Below are positions 1-11,126 of a stretch of DNA of 64,000 nt, piece after piece. The notes beneath the pieces are model-generated. The model saw nothing but the letters and a program-made list of their open reading frames with translations. It did no database searches and was not told the origin of the DNA. How positions within the stretch are numbered: position 1 is the stretch's first letter; each line of letters starts with the position of its first letter. Position numbers and translations under genes: made by a program. Origin of the DNA: Roseateles sp. Its GTDB lineage: Bacteria > Pseudomonadota > Gammaproteobacteria > Burkholderiales > Burkholderiaceae_C. Where the stretch lies: positions 1,053,960 through 1,117,959 of the forward strand of contig NZ_CBDDJA010000002.1 of assembly GCF_965229315.1 (NCBI RefSeq), given 5' to 3'.

Positions 1-523
1 TGACGTAGACGTCGGTGCCCGAGGCCTTGGCGCCCAGCGGGCCGAAGAGCGTGGGGCCGAGCGCACCGACGTGGGCCTTCTTGTGCTCCAGGCCGATGGC
101 GAGCTGCGGCATCAGCGTATCGCTGTCCAGCACGGCGTCGCCGGCCACGCGCAGCTTCACGCCGAAGATGTCCTGCTTCAGGTGCAGGCCGTCCAGGCCC
201 AGCGGCGCGAGGTTGCTCTGGGTGTCGAAATCCTGCCTGGCCAGCGAGATCTCGACGCGGTCCCTGATGCCGAGCGCGGCGCCATAGGTCCACAGGCCGT
301 AGTTGCCGGTCTTGGCGCGGGTGACGAAGGCGGTGGCGCCCACCTCGCTGGTGGACGCATAGCTGCCGGTGATCGCCCACGGCGTCAGCCCGCCACCGGC
401 TGCGCCGTCGATGCTGGAGACGCCGCCGGTGAGCAGCAGCTTGCCCGCGGCCTGGGCGAGGGCAGGGGCGCTGACGAGGGCGGCGGCCAGCCCGATGGCG
501 GGCGCAAAGGCGGTGCGGCGCAT
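1..523 (-). CDS. DUF3034-like secreted protein (N-terminal part; gene runs off window start)
   Basis: Own translation of the minus strand from ATG (complement of 521-523): MRRTAFAPAIGLAAALVSAPALAQAAGKLLLTGGVSSIDGAAGGGLTPWAITGSY... It has a signal peptide, G/C-rich third codon positions, and a frame open to base 1. It is absent from the ORF track because there is no stop inside the window. The family name is from memory. Confidence 0.6.
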   Translation of the reverse strand, partial: MRRTAFAPAIGLAAALVSAPALAQAAGKLLLTGGVSSIDGAAGGGLTPWAITGSYASTSEVGATAFVTRAKTGNYGLWTYGAALGIRDRVEISLARQDFDTQSNLAPLGLDGLHLKQDIFGVKLRVAGDAVLDSDTLMPQLAIGLEHKKAHVGALGPTLFGPLGAKASGTDVYV

Positions 524-640
524 GAAGAAATCTCCGGTTTCCTTGCAGACCCGGGCACTCTACGCACAAACCCTGTTGGCCGGACGCCAAAGAGCCGGCA
601 GCTAGACTGCGCAGCCCGTTTCAGTGAACTCTTCCCGCCC

Positions 641-1735
641 ATGAACGCGATTTCCGAAGCCCAGCTGCAACCCCTGCTGCAAGCGGTGGTCGACTCCGGC
701 AGCAGCCGCACGCTGGGCGACGCCAGGGCGCTGAAGTCCGTCAAGGTCGATGGTGGCGATGTGGTCATCGACGTCGAGCTGGGCTACCCCGCGGCCAGCC
801 AGCATGCGGCGCTGCGCACCGCCTTGGTGGCGGCGGCCAGGCAACTGCCGGGTGTCGGCAACATCAGCGTCAGCATCACCACCCGCATCGTGGCCCACGC
901 CGTGCAGCGTGGCGTTCAGCTGCTGCCGGGTGTGAAGAACATCATCGCCGTGGCCTCCGGCAAGGGCGGCGTGGGCAAGAGCACCACCGCCGCCAATCTG
1001 GCACTGGCGCTGGCCGCCGAAGGTGCCCGCGTGGGCATGCTGGACGCCGACATCTACGGGCCCAGCCAGCCGCTGATGCTGGGCGCCAGCGGCCGGCCGG
1101 AGACGCTGGACGGCCAGACCATGGAGCCGCACATCGCGCACGGCCTGCAGGTCAACTCCATCGGCTTCCTCGTCGACGACGACCAGGCCATGATCTGGCG
1201 CGGCCCCATGGCCACCCAGGCGCTGGAGCAACTGCTGCGCCAGACGCGCTGGCAGGAGCTGGACTACCTCATCGTCGACATGCCGCCGGGCACCGGCGAC
1301 ATCCAGCTCACGCTGTCGCAGCGCGTGCCGGTCACGGGCGCCGTCATCGTGACGACGCCGCAGGACATCGCGCTGATCGACGCCAAGAAGGGCCTGAAGA
1401 TGTTCGAGAAGGTGGGCGTGCCCATCCTCGGCATCGTCGAGAACATGGCCCTGCATGTCTGCGCCAACTGCGGCCATGTGGAGCACATCTTCGGCGCCGA
1501 GGGCGGCGCGAAGATGGCTGCGCAGTACGGCACGGAACTGCTCGGCTCGCTGCCGCTGGCGATGAGCATCCGCGCCCAGGCCGACTCGGGCACGCCCACC
1601 GTCGCCGCCGAGCCGGACGGCGAAGTGGCCGGCATCTACAAGGCGCTGGCCCGCAAGGTGTCCGCCAAGATCGCCGCGCAGGGCAAGGACTACTCGGCCA
1701 AGTTCCCGAGCATTTCGATCTCCAAGACCACATGA
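641..1735 (+). CDS. apbC: Fe-S cluster carrier ATPase ApbC/Mrp
   Basis: Internal ATG of track ORF 71..1735. MNAISEAQLQ... with Walker A AVASGKGGVGKSTTAANLA and the CANCGH motif typical of the Mrp/NBP35 family. Confidence 0.9.
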   Translation: MNAISEAQLQPLLQAVVDSGSSRTLGDARALKSVKVDGGDVVIDVELGYPAASQHAALRTALVAAARQLPGVGNISVSITTRIVAHAVQRGVQLLPGVKNIIAVASGKGGVGKSTTAANLALALAAEGARVGMLDADIYGPSQPLMLGASGRPETLDGQTMEPHIAHGLQVNSIGFLVDDDQAMIWRGPMATQALEQLLRQTRWQELDYLIVDMPPGTGDIQLTLSQRVPVTGAVIVTTPQDIALIDAKKGLKMFEKVGVPILGIVENMALHVCANCGHVEHIFGAEGGAKMAAQYGTELLGSLPLAMSIRAQADSGTPTVAAEPDGEVAGIYKALARKVSAKIAAQGKDYSAKFPSISISKTT

Positions 1736-1912
1736 GCCCGTGGCTGACCCGGTGCTGACACGGGCGGATATCCGAGCGTCTTGGTCGCCCTGGAATGCAC
1801 CGTCTGGACAAGGGCGCGCCTTTGTGACGCAATCACCCGGTCGGTTGCCGCGTGCGGACCCGCTTTCTGTTCGCAATGAAGCGGGCGTGCGGCCCGCAGG
1901 AGACAAGCCGTG

Positions 1913-4900
1913 ATGGACATGGACCGGAGGCAATTCTTCCGGGTGAGCGGTGCCGGGCTGGCAGCATCCAGCCTCGTGGCCTTGGGGTTCTCGCCGACGG
2001 CGGCCCTGGCCGAGGCGCGCAATTTCAAGCTCACCCGCGCAACCGAGACCCGCAACACCTGCCCCTACTGCTCGGTGGGCTGCGGCGTCATCATGTATTC
2101 CTTGGGCGACAAGGCAAAGAACGTCACGTCGTCCATCATCCACATCGAAGGCGACCCGGACCACCCGGTCAACCGCGGCACGCTGTGCCCCAAGGGCGCC
2201 GGCCTGCTGGACTTCGTGCACAGCCCCAACCGGCTGAAGTTCCCCGAGATCCGCGAGCCCGGCAGCACCGAGTGGAAGCGCGTCAGCTGGGATGACGCGA
2301 TGACGCGCCTGGTCAAGCTGATGAAGGCGGACCGCGACGCCAACTTCCAGGCGACCAACGCCGACGGCAAGACGGTGAACCGCTGGCTGACCACCGGCAT
2401 GCTGTGTGCCTCCGCATCCTCCAACGAATCGGGCTACATCACCCACAAGGCGATGCGCTCGATGGGGATGCTGGTCTTCGACAACCAGGCGCGCGTTTGA
2501 CACGCCCCGACGGTGGCCAGTCTGGCCCCGACGTTTGGGCGCGGTGCGATGACCAACCACTGGGTGGACATCAAGAACGCCGACCTCGTGCTCATCATGG
2601 GCGGCAATGCCGCCGAGGCCCACCCGTGCGGCTTCAAGTGGGTCATCGAGGCCAAGCACCACAACAAGGCCAAGCTCATCGTCGTGGACCCGCGCTTCAC
2701 GCGCTCGGCCGCCATGAGCGACTATTACGCGCCCATCCGGGCGGGGGCTGACATCGCCTTCCTGGGCGGCGTCATCAACTACCTGCTGAGCAACAACAAG
2801 ATCCAGCACGACTACGTCAAGGCCTACACCAACGCCAGCTTCATCGTCGGTGAGGACTACCAGTTCAACGACGGCATCTTCAGCGGCTATGACGAGGCCA
2901 AGCGCCGCTACGACCCCAAGAGCTGGGGCTACGAGCTGGACGACAAGGGCTTTGCCAAGGTCGACCCGACGCTGGAGCACCCGCGCTGCGTGCTGAACGT
3001 GATGAAGGCGCATTACTCGCGCTACACGCCCGAGCAGGTCAGCAAGATCACCGGCACACCCAAGGACAAGTTCCTGAAGGTCTGCGAAATGATCGCGGAG
3101 ACGTCCAGGCCCGACAAGGTCATGACCATCATGTACGCCTTGGGCTGGACGCAGCACAGCCAGGGTTCGCAGATGATCCGCACCGGTGCCATCATGCAGC
3201 TGCTGCTGGGCAACATCGGCCTGCCCGGCGGCGGCATGAACGCGCTGCGCGGCCACTCCAACATCCAGGGCCTGACGGACCTGGGTCTGCTGTCCACGTC
3301 GCTGACCGGCTACATGAGCCTGGCCCGCGACAGCGAGCAGGACCTGCAGACCTACTACAAGACCCGCGCCCTCAAGCCGCTGCGGCCGGGCCAGATGAGC
3401 TTCTGGCAGAACTACCCCAAGTTCTTCGTCAGCCAGCAAAAGGCCTGGTGGGGCAAGGCCGCGACTGCCGAGAACGAGTGGGCCTTCCACTACCTGCCCA
3501 AGTACGACAAGGCCTACGACGTGCTGCAGGCCTTCGAGCTGATGGGCCAGGGCAAGCTCAACGGCTACATCTGCCAGGGCTTCAACCCGGTGGGCTCCTT
3601 CCCCAACAAGAAGAAGATCATCGGCGGGCTGTCCAAGCTGAAGTTCCTCGTCATCATCGACCCGCTCAACACCGAGACCGCCGAGTTCTGGAAGAACCAT
3701 GGCGAGCACAACGACGTGAAGAGCGAGGAAATCCAGACGACGGTGTTCCGCTTCCCCAGCACCTGCTTCGCTGAGGAAGACGGCTCGCTCACCAACTCCG
3801 GCCGCTGGCTGCAGTGGCACTGGAAGGGCGCCGAGCCTCCCGGCGAGGCGCGTGGCGACCCGGAGATCGTCGCCGAGATCTTCACGCGCATGAAGGCCGC
3901 GTACGCGAAGGAAGGCGGGGCCTACGCCGACCCCATCCTGAACCTGACCTGGCCCTACCTGCAGCCCACCAAGCCCTCGTCGGAGGAACTGGCCAAGGAG
4001 TACAACGGCAAGGCGCTGGCCGACCTGCCCGACCCCAAGGACCCGACCAAGATGCTGGCCAAGGCCGGCGAGCAGCTCAGCGGCTTCGGCCTGCTGCGCG
4101 ACGACGGCAGCACGTCGTCCGGCTGCTGGATCTATGCCGGCGCCTGGACGCAGGCGGGCAACCAGATGGCCCGGCGCGACAACAGCGACCCCTACGGCAT
4201 CGGCCAGACGCTGAACTGGGCCTGGGCCTGGCCGGCCAACCGGCGCGTGCTCTACAACGCGGCGTCGTGCGACCCGACCGGCAAGCCGTGGAACGCCAGG
4301 CGCAAGCTGGTGGCCTGGTCCGGTGACAAGTGGTCCGGTTCGGACGTCCCGGACATCCGCCCCGACGCCAACCCGACGGACGAGGATGCCGTGCGGCCCT
4401 TCATCATGACCGCCGAGGGCGTGGCGCGCCTGTTCGCGCCCACCGGCATGGTGGACGGCCCGTTGCCCGAGCACTACGAGCCCTTCGAGACGCCGCTGGC
4501 CGCCAACCCCATGCACCCGGGCAACGCCAAGGCCAAGTCCAACCCGGCGGCGCGCGTGTTCAAGGGCGACATGGAGGCCTTCGGCACGCCCAAGGATTTC
4601 CCGTACGTGGCGACGAGCTACCGGCTGACCGAGCACTTCCACTACTGGACCAAGAACGTGCAGACCTCGGCCGTCATCCAGCCGCAGCAGTTCGTCGAGA
4701 TCGGCGAGGAGCTGGCCAAGGAGAAAGGGGTGGCCAACGGCGACTGGGTCAAGGTGAGCAGCAACCGCGGCTTCATCAAGGCGGTGGCCGTGGTCACCAA
4801 GCGCATCGCCTCGCTGGACGTGGACGGCAAGCGCGTGCACACGGTGGGCCTGCCCAACCACTGGGGCTTCGTCGGCGTGGCCAAACCCGGCTATCTGGTG

Positions 4901-4984
4901 AACACGCTGACCCCCTTCGTGGGCGACGCGAACACGCAGACGCCGGAGTTCAAGAGCTTCACCGTCAATCTTGAGAAGGCATAA
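1913..4984 (+). CDS. fdnG: Formate dehydrogenase-N/O type alpha subunit; selenocysteine-containing, TAT-exported
   Basis: Track ORFs 1910..2500 and 2513..4984 are in the same frame, separated only by TGA 2498-2500. The context FDNQARV-U-HAPTVASLAPTFGRGAMTNHW matches the FdnG/FdoG Sec site. Twin-arginine signal DRRQFFRVSG; AGGAGA lies 9 nt upstream of ATG 1913. Confidence 0.93.
2498..2545 (+). promoter_or_regulatory. UGA-Sec recoding site with candidate SECIS hairpin
   Basis: In-frame TGA at 2498-2500. Downstream hairpin GGCCA-GUC-UGGCC at 2515-2527, at the distance expected for bacterial SECIS elements. The lower stem could not be resolved confidently by eye. Confidence 0.65.
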
Positions 4985-4993
4985 GGAGCGCAC

Positions 4994-5923
4994 ATGTCTT
5001 CACTCCAATCCCTCGACATCGCCAAGCGCTCCGCGACGACGACGCCCTCCACGCAGGCCCGTACCCACGTCGCCGAAGTCGCCAAGCTCATCGACGTGTC
5101 CTCCTGCATCGGCTGCAAGGCCTGCCAGGTGGCCTGCATGCAGTGGAACGACCTGCGCGACGACGTCGGCGACAACATCGGCACCTACGACAACCCGCGC
5201 GACCTGACGCCGCAGAGCTGGACGGTCATGCGCTTCTCCGAAGTGGAGGTCGAAAAAGACAAGCTGGAATGGCTGATCCGCAAGGACGGCTGCATGCACT
5301 GCGAGGACCCGGGCTGCCTGAAGAGCTGCCCGGCGCCCGGCGCCATCGTGAAGTACACGAACGGCATCGTCGACTTCATCTCCGAGCACTGCATCGGCTG
5401 CGGCAATTGCGTGACCGGCTGCCCGTTCGACGTGCCGCGCATCAGCAAGGTCGACAGCAAGGCCTACAAGTGCTCGCTGTGCTCCGACCGCGTCGGTGTG
5501 GGCCTGGAGCCGGCCTGCGCCAAGGCCTGCCCGACCGGCGCCATCCGCTTCGGCACCAAGGAAGACATGCTGGACTACGGCGCCGAGCGCATCGTCGACC
5601 TGAAGGAGCGCGGCTACGCCAACGCGGGCGTGTACGACCCGCCGGGCGTGGGTGGCACGCACGTCGTCTACGTGCTGCAGCACGCCGACAAGCCCGAGCT
5701 CTACCACGGCCTGCCCAAGGACCCGAAGATCAGCCCGCTGGTGTCTCTGTGGAAGGGGGCCGCCAAGCCGCTGGCCGTGGCGGCCATGATCGGCGCGGCG
5801 ATCGCCGGCTTCTTCCACTACACGCGCGTCGGGCCCATCGAGGACCCGGACGACCCCGAGGCGGACCGCAACCTCGCCCGCAGCCCCGACCCGGATGGCA
5901 TTGACCGCCATCCGCACGTCTGA
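4994..5923 (+). CDS. fdnH: Formate dehydrogenase beta (4Fe-4S) subunit
   Basis: Multiple CxxCxxCxxxC ferredoxin motifs ([38 protein letters not shown]) and a C-terminal TM helix. Immediately follows fdnG. Confidence 0.93.
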   Translation: MSSLQSLDIAKRSATTTPSTQARTHVAEVAKLIDVSSCIGCKACQVACMQWNDLRDDVGDNIGTYDNPRDLTPQSWTVMRFSEVEVEKDKLEWLIRKDGCMHCEDPGCLKSCPAPGAIVKYTNGIVDFISEHCIGCGNCVTGCPFDVPRISKVDSKAYKCSLCSDRVGVGLEPACAKACPTGAIRFGTKEDMLDYGAERIVDLKERGYANAGVYDPPGVGGTHVVYVLQHADKPELYHGLPKDPKISPLVSLWKGAAKPLAVAAMIGAAIAGFFHYTRVGPIEDPDDPEADRNLARSPDPDGIDRHPHV

Positions 5924-5934
5924 AGGAGCGCACC

Positions 5935-6558
5935 ATGGCCACCCGCTTTCTGCAGCGCTACAGCGCCGGTGATCGCACCAACCACTGGTTGATCGTGCTG
6001 TTGTTCTTCTGCGCCGGGCTGTCGGGCCTGGCGTTCTTCCACCCCAGCCTGTTCTTCCTGTCCGCGCTGTTCGGCGGCGGCACCTGGGCGCGCATCCTGC
6101 ATCCCTTCATGGGGCTGCTGATGGCGTTGTGCTTCGTCTTCATGTTCGTGCGGCTGTGGCGTCACAACGTCTGGCAGGACGTGGACACGCAGTGGCTCAA
6201 GCACAGCGGCGACATGCTGCGCGGCGACAAGAGCCACATGCCGCCCGTGGGCCGCTACAACGCCGGCCAGAAGGCGGTGTTCTGGCTGATGGTCGTCTGC
6301 CTGGTCGTGCTGGTCGTCACCGGGGTCATGTTCTGGCAGCCCTGGTTCGCCAACAGCTTCCCCATCACGCTGCGGCGCATCGCCGTCGTGCTGCATGCGC
6401 TGTCGGCCACGGGCCTCATCCTGACCGTCATCGTGCACATCTACGCGGCCATCTGGGTCAAGGGCACGGTGCGCGCAATGACCCGCGGCAGTGTCACCGA
6501 GGGCTGGGCGCGTCAGAATCACCCGCTGTGGCATCGCGAGATGACAGGCAAGCAATGA
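5935..6558 (+). CDS. fdnI: Formate dehydrogenase gamma subunit (cytochrome b556)
   Basis: 207 aa, four TM helices, N-terminal RYSAGDRTNHW motif. Position after fdnH. Confidence 0.9.
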   Translation: MATRFLQRYSAGDRTNHWLIVLLFFCAGLSGLAFFHPSLFFLSALFGGGTWARILHPFMGLLMALCFVFMFVRLWRHNVWQDVDTQWLKHSGDMLRGDKSHMPPVGRYNAGQKAVFWLMVVCLVVLVVTGVMFWQPWFANSFPITLRRIAVVLHALSATGLILTVIVHIYAAIWVKGTVRAMTRGSVTEGWARQNHPLWHREMTGKQ

Positions 6559-6715
6559 TCCTGAACACGGCCGTTGGCCGCATGCCCGCCGGTCTGGCTC
6601 TGCGTGCCGCTGGCGGCGTTGCTCCTTCTTGCGGGCATGAGCCCGCGGCGTCGTCGCTCCTTGCCAGCGACCCGCTTCGCCAGCCCTCAGTGCATGGCCA
6701 ACTGCCGTCTCCAGG

Positions 6716-7729
6716 ATGACCTCCAGCGCCCACCAGAAGATCCTCAGCCCGGAAGAGATCGCCGTCCGGGCCGGCGAGCAGCAGACCTTCCTGCACCTGC
6801 CCGAGCCCGGCGTGTTCGCCGAGCGCGCACTGCGCCTGCGTGCGCTGGCCGAGGGGCATGCGATGCGCGACTTCCTGGGCTTCGTCGCCGAACTGGCCGA
6901 CGCCCAGCACCGCGCGCTGTCGAAAAACGTGGCCGTGCCGCTGCCCACGCCCGAGCAGATCGAGGCCGCCGCCCGCAGCGGCCGGCCGCTGCTGCCGGCG
7001 CCGACCTGGCAGCGCGCGCCGGTGTGGCGCGAGTCGCTGCGCGCGCTGCTGCTCGACCTCGCCCGCCACCTGCCCGCAGGCCCGGCCAAGGCCACCGCGC
7101 TGCACCTGGCCGAGGCGCCCGACGAGCACCTGGAGACTCAGGCCGGCCGGCTGCTGTCCGGCGTCATGCTGGGGCTGGACCTGGCCGCCGCGCCACTGGT
7201 CGCTGCGGCGCTGCAACTCCACTTCGTGCGCCTCGTGCAGCAGACGGCCGCCGCCCACGCGGGCGCCGCGCTGCCGCCTTTCGGCCGCATCGACGACCCC
7301 ACGCTGTGCCCCTGCTGCGGCTCGCGTCCGGTGGCGTCGGTCGAGCGCCTGGGCGCCGAAGGTGCGCGCTACCTGGCCTGCGGCCTGTGTGCCACGCAGT
7401 GGCATTACGTGCGCATCAAGTGCACGCATTGCCAGAGCACCAAGGGCATCTCGCTGCAAAGCCTGGTGGCGTCCGATGACGCCGGCGCGACGACCACCGG
7501 CGCGGTCGTGCAGGCCGAGTGCTGCAGCGAGTGCGGCCACTACCTGAAGCTGATGCACCCGGCGCGCGACAACGGCGTCGAGCCGCTGGCCGACGACCTC
7601 GCCACGCTGACGCTGGACCTGCTGGTCAGCGGTGAAGGCGACGGCGGCGGCCTGGAGCGCCACGGCGTGAACCTGCTGCTGCTGTTCGGCGAGCCCGAAG
7701 AAGCGCCACCACCCGGCCGGGGCCACTGA
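6716..7729 (+). CDS. fdhE: Formate dehydrogenase accessory protein FdhE
   Basis: CPCCGS...CGLCATQW...CTHCQS...CSECGHYLK four-Cys-pair pattern characteristic of FdhE. N-terminus aligns with E. coli FdhE from memory. Confidence 0.9.
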   Translation: MTSSAHQKILSPEEIAVRAGEQQTFLHLPEPGVFAERALRLRALAEGHAMRDFLGFVAELADAQHRALSKNVAVPLPTPEQIEAAARSGRPLLPAPTWQRAPVWRESLRALLLDLARHLPAGPAKATALHLAEAPDEHLETQAGRLLSGVMLGLDLAAAPLVAAALQLHFVRLVQQTAAAHAGAALPPFGRIDDPTLCPCCGSRPVASVERLGAEGARYLACGLCATQWHYVRIKCTHCQSTKGISLQSLVASDDAGATTTGAVVQAECCSECGHYLKLMHPARDNGVEPLADDLATLTLDLLVSGEGDGGGLERHGVNLLLLFGEPEEAPPPGRGH

Positions 7730-9165
7730 TGGCCGCGCCCGAAGAATCCGTGGTTCACGGTTCCAAGGCCCAAGACCCAGCGGCCCCCAAAGACCTGCCG
7801 GCGCTGGACAAGCTCTTGCGCGACTGCGCGCCGCTCGTCGCCGAGCACGGCCACACGCTGGTGGCCCGCGAGGCACGCGTGCTGCTCGACACGCTGCGCA
7901 CGCGCGCCGTGGCGGGCGGCCTGCCGCGCAGCGACATCGACGCATTGCCGCAGACGCTGGCCGCCCAGGTGCACGACCGCCTGCAGCCCAAGCTGCGCGC
8001 GGTGCTCAACCTCACCGGCACCGTCATCCACACCAACCTCGGCCGCTCGCTGCTGGCCGACGCCGCGCTGCAGCAGGTGCTGGCGCTGATGGTCTCGCCC
8101 AACAACCTGGAGTTCGACCTGCAGGCCGGCGGGCGTGGCGACCGTGACGACCTCATCGAGAGCCTGCTCTGCGAGCTGACCGGCGCCGAAGCCGCCACCG
8201 TCGTCAACAACAACGCGGCGGCCGTGCTGCTGGGCATCGCGGCGCTGGCCGGCGGCAAGGAGGCCATCGTGTCGCGTGGCGAGCTGGTGGAGATCGGCGG
8301 CGCCTTCCGCATGCCCGACGTGATGGCCGCGGCCGGTGCCACGCTGGTGGAGGTGGGCACCACCAACCGCACCCACCCGCGCGACTACGAAGGCGCCATC
8401 ACGCCGCGCACCGGCCTCATCGTCAAGGTGCACACCAGCAACTACCAGGTGCAGGGCTTCACGGCGGCGGTGGACGAAGCCACGCTCGCGCCCATCGCCC
8501 ACGCGGCGAACCTGCCGCTGATGACGGACCTCGGCAGCGGCGCGCTGGTGGACCTGTCCCAGTGGGGCCTGCCGGCCGAGCCGCTGCCGCAGGCCATGCT
8601 CGCGGCCGGTTGCGACGTCGTCACCTTCAGCGGCGACAAGCTGCTGGGCGGCCCGCAGGCCGGCCTCATCGTCGGCAGCAAGGCCGCCGTCGGCCGCATC
8701 CGCAAGTTTCCGATGAAGCGCGCGCTGCGCCTGTCCAAGCTGCCCTTCGCCGCGCTGGAGGCCACGCTGCGGCTGTACCTGCGCCCCGAGCGGCTGGTGC
8801 AAGACCTGCCGACGCTCAGGCACCTGACGCGCAGCCAGGCGCACATCGCCGAGCTGGCGCAGCGCCTGTTGCCCGCCGTGGCCGCCGCCGTCGCGCCGCG
8901 CTACACCGTCGAGACTGTCGCGCTGCAAAGCCAGATCGGCTCCGGCTCGCTGCCCGTGGAGCGACTGCCCTCGGCAGGCCTCGCCATCAGCGCCGCCGAC
9001 GGTCGCGGCCGCACGCTGGAGGCGCTGGCCGTGGCGCTGCGCGGGCTGCCGCGCCCGGTCATCGGCCGCGTCAACGACAACCGCCTGCTGCTGGACCTGC
9101 GCTGCCTGGACGAGCCCGCGCTGCTGACCGGCCAGTTGGCCGCATTGACGGAGGCACTGGCTTGA
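7729..9165 (+). CDS. selA: L-seryl-tRNA(Sec) selenium transferase
   Basis: 478 aa. Motifs [46 protein letters not shown]. The start overlaps the fdhE stop (ATGA at 7727-7731). Confidence 0.93.
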   Translation: MAAPEESVVHGSKAQDPAAPKDLPALDKLLRDCAPLVAEHGHTLVAREARVLLDTLRTRAVAGGLPRSDIDALPQTLAAQVHDRLQPKLRAVLNLTGTVIHTNLGRSLLADAALQQVLALMVSPNNLEFDLQAGGRGDRDDLIESLLCELTGAEAATVVNNNAAAVLLGIAALAGGKEAIVSRGELVEIGGAFRMPDVMAAAGATLVEVGTTNRTHPRDYEGAITPRTGLIVKVHTSNYQVQGFTAAVDEATLAPIAHAANLPLMTDLGSGALVDLSQWGLPAEPLPQAMLAAGCDVVTFSGDKLLGGPQAGLIVGSKAAVGRIRKFPMKRALRLSKLPFAALEATLRLYLRPERLVQDLPTLRHLTRSQAHIAELAQRLLPAVAAAVAPRYTVETVALQSQIGSGSLPVERLPSAGLAISAADGRGRTLEALAVALRGLPRPVIGRVNDNRLLLDLRCLDEPALLTGQLAALTEALA

Positions 9166-11027
9166 TCGTCGGAACCGCCGGCCACATCGACCACGGCAAG
9201 ACCACGCTGGTGCGCGCACTGACCGGCGTGGACACCGACCGCCTGCCCGAGGAGAAGGCGCGCGGCATCAGCATCGAGCTGGGCTATGCCTATCTGGATG
9301 TTCCAGGCCACGCCGAACGCATTGGCTTCATCGACGTGCCCGGCCACGAGAAGCTGGTGCACACCATGCTGGCCGGCGCCAGCGGCATCGACTTCGCGCT
9401 GCTGCTCGTCGCGGCCGACGACGGCGTCATGCCGCAGACGCGCGAACACCTGGCCGTGCTGAGCCTGCTGGGCTTGACGCGCGGTGCCGTCGCGATCACC
9501 AAGATCGACCGCGCCGAGCCCGGCCGCGTCGAGGCGCTGCGCGACGAGGTGAGGTCGCTGCTGGCCGGCACGGGCCTGCGCGATGCGCCCCTCGTCGCCG
9601 TCTCCGCGCACACGGGCGAGGGCGTGGCCGCCTTGCGCGAGCTGCTGTTCGACGCCGCCCGCCACACGCCGCCGCGCGCGACGCAAGACCTGGCCCCGCG
9701 CCTGGCCGTGGATCGCGCCTTCAGCCTCGACGGCGTCGGCACCGTCGTCACCGGCACGCTGCATGCGGGCGAGATCGCCGTGGGGGACGAACTCGTCATC
9801 CAGGACCAGCGTGCCCGCGTGCGCAGCCTGCATGCGCAGAACCGCGCCGTCGAGCGCGCGCAGGCCGGCCAGCGCTGCGCCGTCGCACTCGCCGGCCTGG
9901 CCAAGGAACAGGCGCCGCGCGGCCAGTGGCTCACGGCGCCTGCGGTGGCGCTGGCCACCGACCGCTTCGACGCCCGCCTGACGCTGTGGCCCGGCGAGGC
10001 CCGGCCGCTGCGCTCCGGCACGCGCGTGCACCTGCACCTGGGCGCGCAGTCGGTGACGGCCAGCATCGCCGTGCTGGATGGGGATGCCATCGACCCTGGC
10101 GCGTCGGCCCGTGTGCAGCTGGTCTGCCACGCACCCGTGGGCGCCTGGCGCGGCGACCGGCTGGTGCTGCGCGATGCCGGCGCCGCGCGCACCCTCGCCG
10201 GCGGTGTCGTGCTGGACCCGTTCGCGCCGACGCGCTACCGCCGCACGCCCGAGCGCCTCGCCGAGCTGGCGGCCTGCGAGCTGCCCACCGTGCCCGAGCG
10301 CCGCGAGCGGCTGCTGGCGCTGTCGGCGCTGGGCCTGGACCTGGCGCGTTTTGCGCAGGCCGAGGGCCTGGCCGAGCCGCTGGCCGGCTGGGCGCTGGGT
10401 GACGAGGCCCGCGCCGCGCTGACCGCCAAACTGCTCGCCGCGCTCGCCGGCTTCCACGCCGCCTCGCCCGACGAGCTGGGCCCTGACGCGGCGCGGCTGC
10501 GCCGCCTGGTGGCGCCGCGCATCGCCGAGCCGCTGTGGCGCCAGCTGCTGGCCGAGCTGCGCGCGGCCGGCCGCGTGGCGCTGCGCGGCGCCTTCGTGCA
10601 CCTGCCCGAGCACGGCGTGCAGCTCTCGGCCGCCGAGCAGCGCATCGCGCAGAAGGCCGCGCCTCGCCTGGCCGCCGCCGGTGCCGAAGGCGCGTGGGCG
10701 CGCGACCTCGCCAAGGACTGTGCCGAGCCCGAGCCGCTGATGCGCGCCACGCTGGCGCGCCTGGCACAGCAGGGCGAGCTGCACCAGGTGGTGAAAGACC
10801 TCTACTGCGACACCGCGACGATGGCCAGACTCGCGGCCATCGCGCGGGCGCTGGGTGCGGAGCACGGTAACGTCACGGCCGCCGCGTTTCGCGACGCGAC
10901 GGGCCTGGGCCGCAAGCGTGCCATCCAGCATCTGGAACACTTCGACCGCGTCGGGCTGCTGCGCCGCGTGGGCGACGAACACCGCCTGCGTACGGACAGC
11001 GCGCTGTTTTCGCAGGCGACGAACTGA
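9162..11027 (+). CDS. selB: Selenocysteine-specific translation elongation factor
   Basis: The TTG start overlaps the selA stop (TTGA 9162-9165). [37 protein letters not shown] GTPase motifs, and a long C-terminal winged-helix region. Confidence 0.92.
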   Translation: MIVGTAGHIDHGKTTLVRALTGVDTDRLPEEKARGISIELGYAYLDVPGHAERIGFIDVPGHEKLVHTMLAGASGIDFALLLVAADDGVMPQTREHLAVLSLLGLTRGAVAITKIDRAEPGRVEALRDEVRSLLAGTGLRDAPLVAVSAHTGEGVAALRELLFDAARHTPPRATQDLAPRLAVDRAFSLDGVGTVVTGTLHAGEIAVGDELVIQDQRARVRSLHAQNRAVERAQAGQRCAVALAGLAKEQAPRGQWLTAPAVALATDRFDARLTLWPGEARPLRSGTRVHLHLGAQSVTASIAVLDGDAIDPGASARVQLVCHAPVGAWRGDRLVLRDAGAARTLAGGVVLDPFAPTRYRRTPERLAELAACELPTVPERRERLLALSALGLDLARFAQAEGLAEPLAGWALGDEARAALTAKLLAALAGFHAASPDELGPDAARLRRLVAPRIAEPLWRQLLAELRAAGRVALRGAFVHLPEHGVQLSAAEQRIAQKAAPRLAAAGAEGAWARDLAKDCAEPEPLMRATLARLAQQGELHQVVKDLYCDTATMARLAAIARALGAEHGNVTAAAFRDATGLGRKRAIQHLEHFDRVGLLRRVGDEHRLRTDSALFSQATN

Positions 11028-11031
11028 TCAT

Positions 11032-11126
11032 GGAAAGAGAACGACACCGGTGTGTCGGCCGGGCTTCAAACCCGGTGGGTGGCGCCACGCGCCGCTGGGT
11101 GGGTTCGACTCCCTCCTCTTTCCGCC
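11032..11126 (+). tRNA. selC: tRNA-Sec (anticodon UCA)
   Basis: Folded by eye. 8-bp acceptor stem GGAAAGAG/CTCTTTCC. 6-bp D stem CGACAC/GTGTCG with a 4-nt loop. Anticodon arm CCGGG-CTTCAAA-CCCGG. Long variable arm (GGCGC..GCGCC). TTCGACT T-loop. Starts 4 nt after the selB stop. Confidence 0.9.

Noticed and set aside
1822-1836. CRP/FNR-like site TTGTGACGCAATCAC about 80 nt upstream of fdnG.
   Set aside because: The GTGA/TCAC half-sites have 5-nt spacing and fit neither TGTGA-N6-TCACA nor TTGAT-N4-ATCAA. Too weak to call without a matrix scan.
602-4993. 1463-aa minus-strand ORF spanning apbC and fdnG.
   Set aside because: Antisense shadow ORF typical of very GC-rich DNA. It gives low-complexity R/A/G/H-rich translation with no recognisable domains, while the sense strand encodes unmistakable ApbC and FdnG.
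6574-7479. 301-aa plus-strand ORF overlapping fdhE out of frame.
   Set aside because: fdhE is clearly the real frame (Cys-pair motifs). Only the first 45 codons or so, upstream of fdhE, are of possible interest, and they are noted in a finding.
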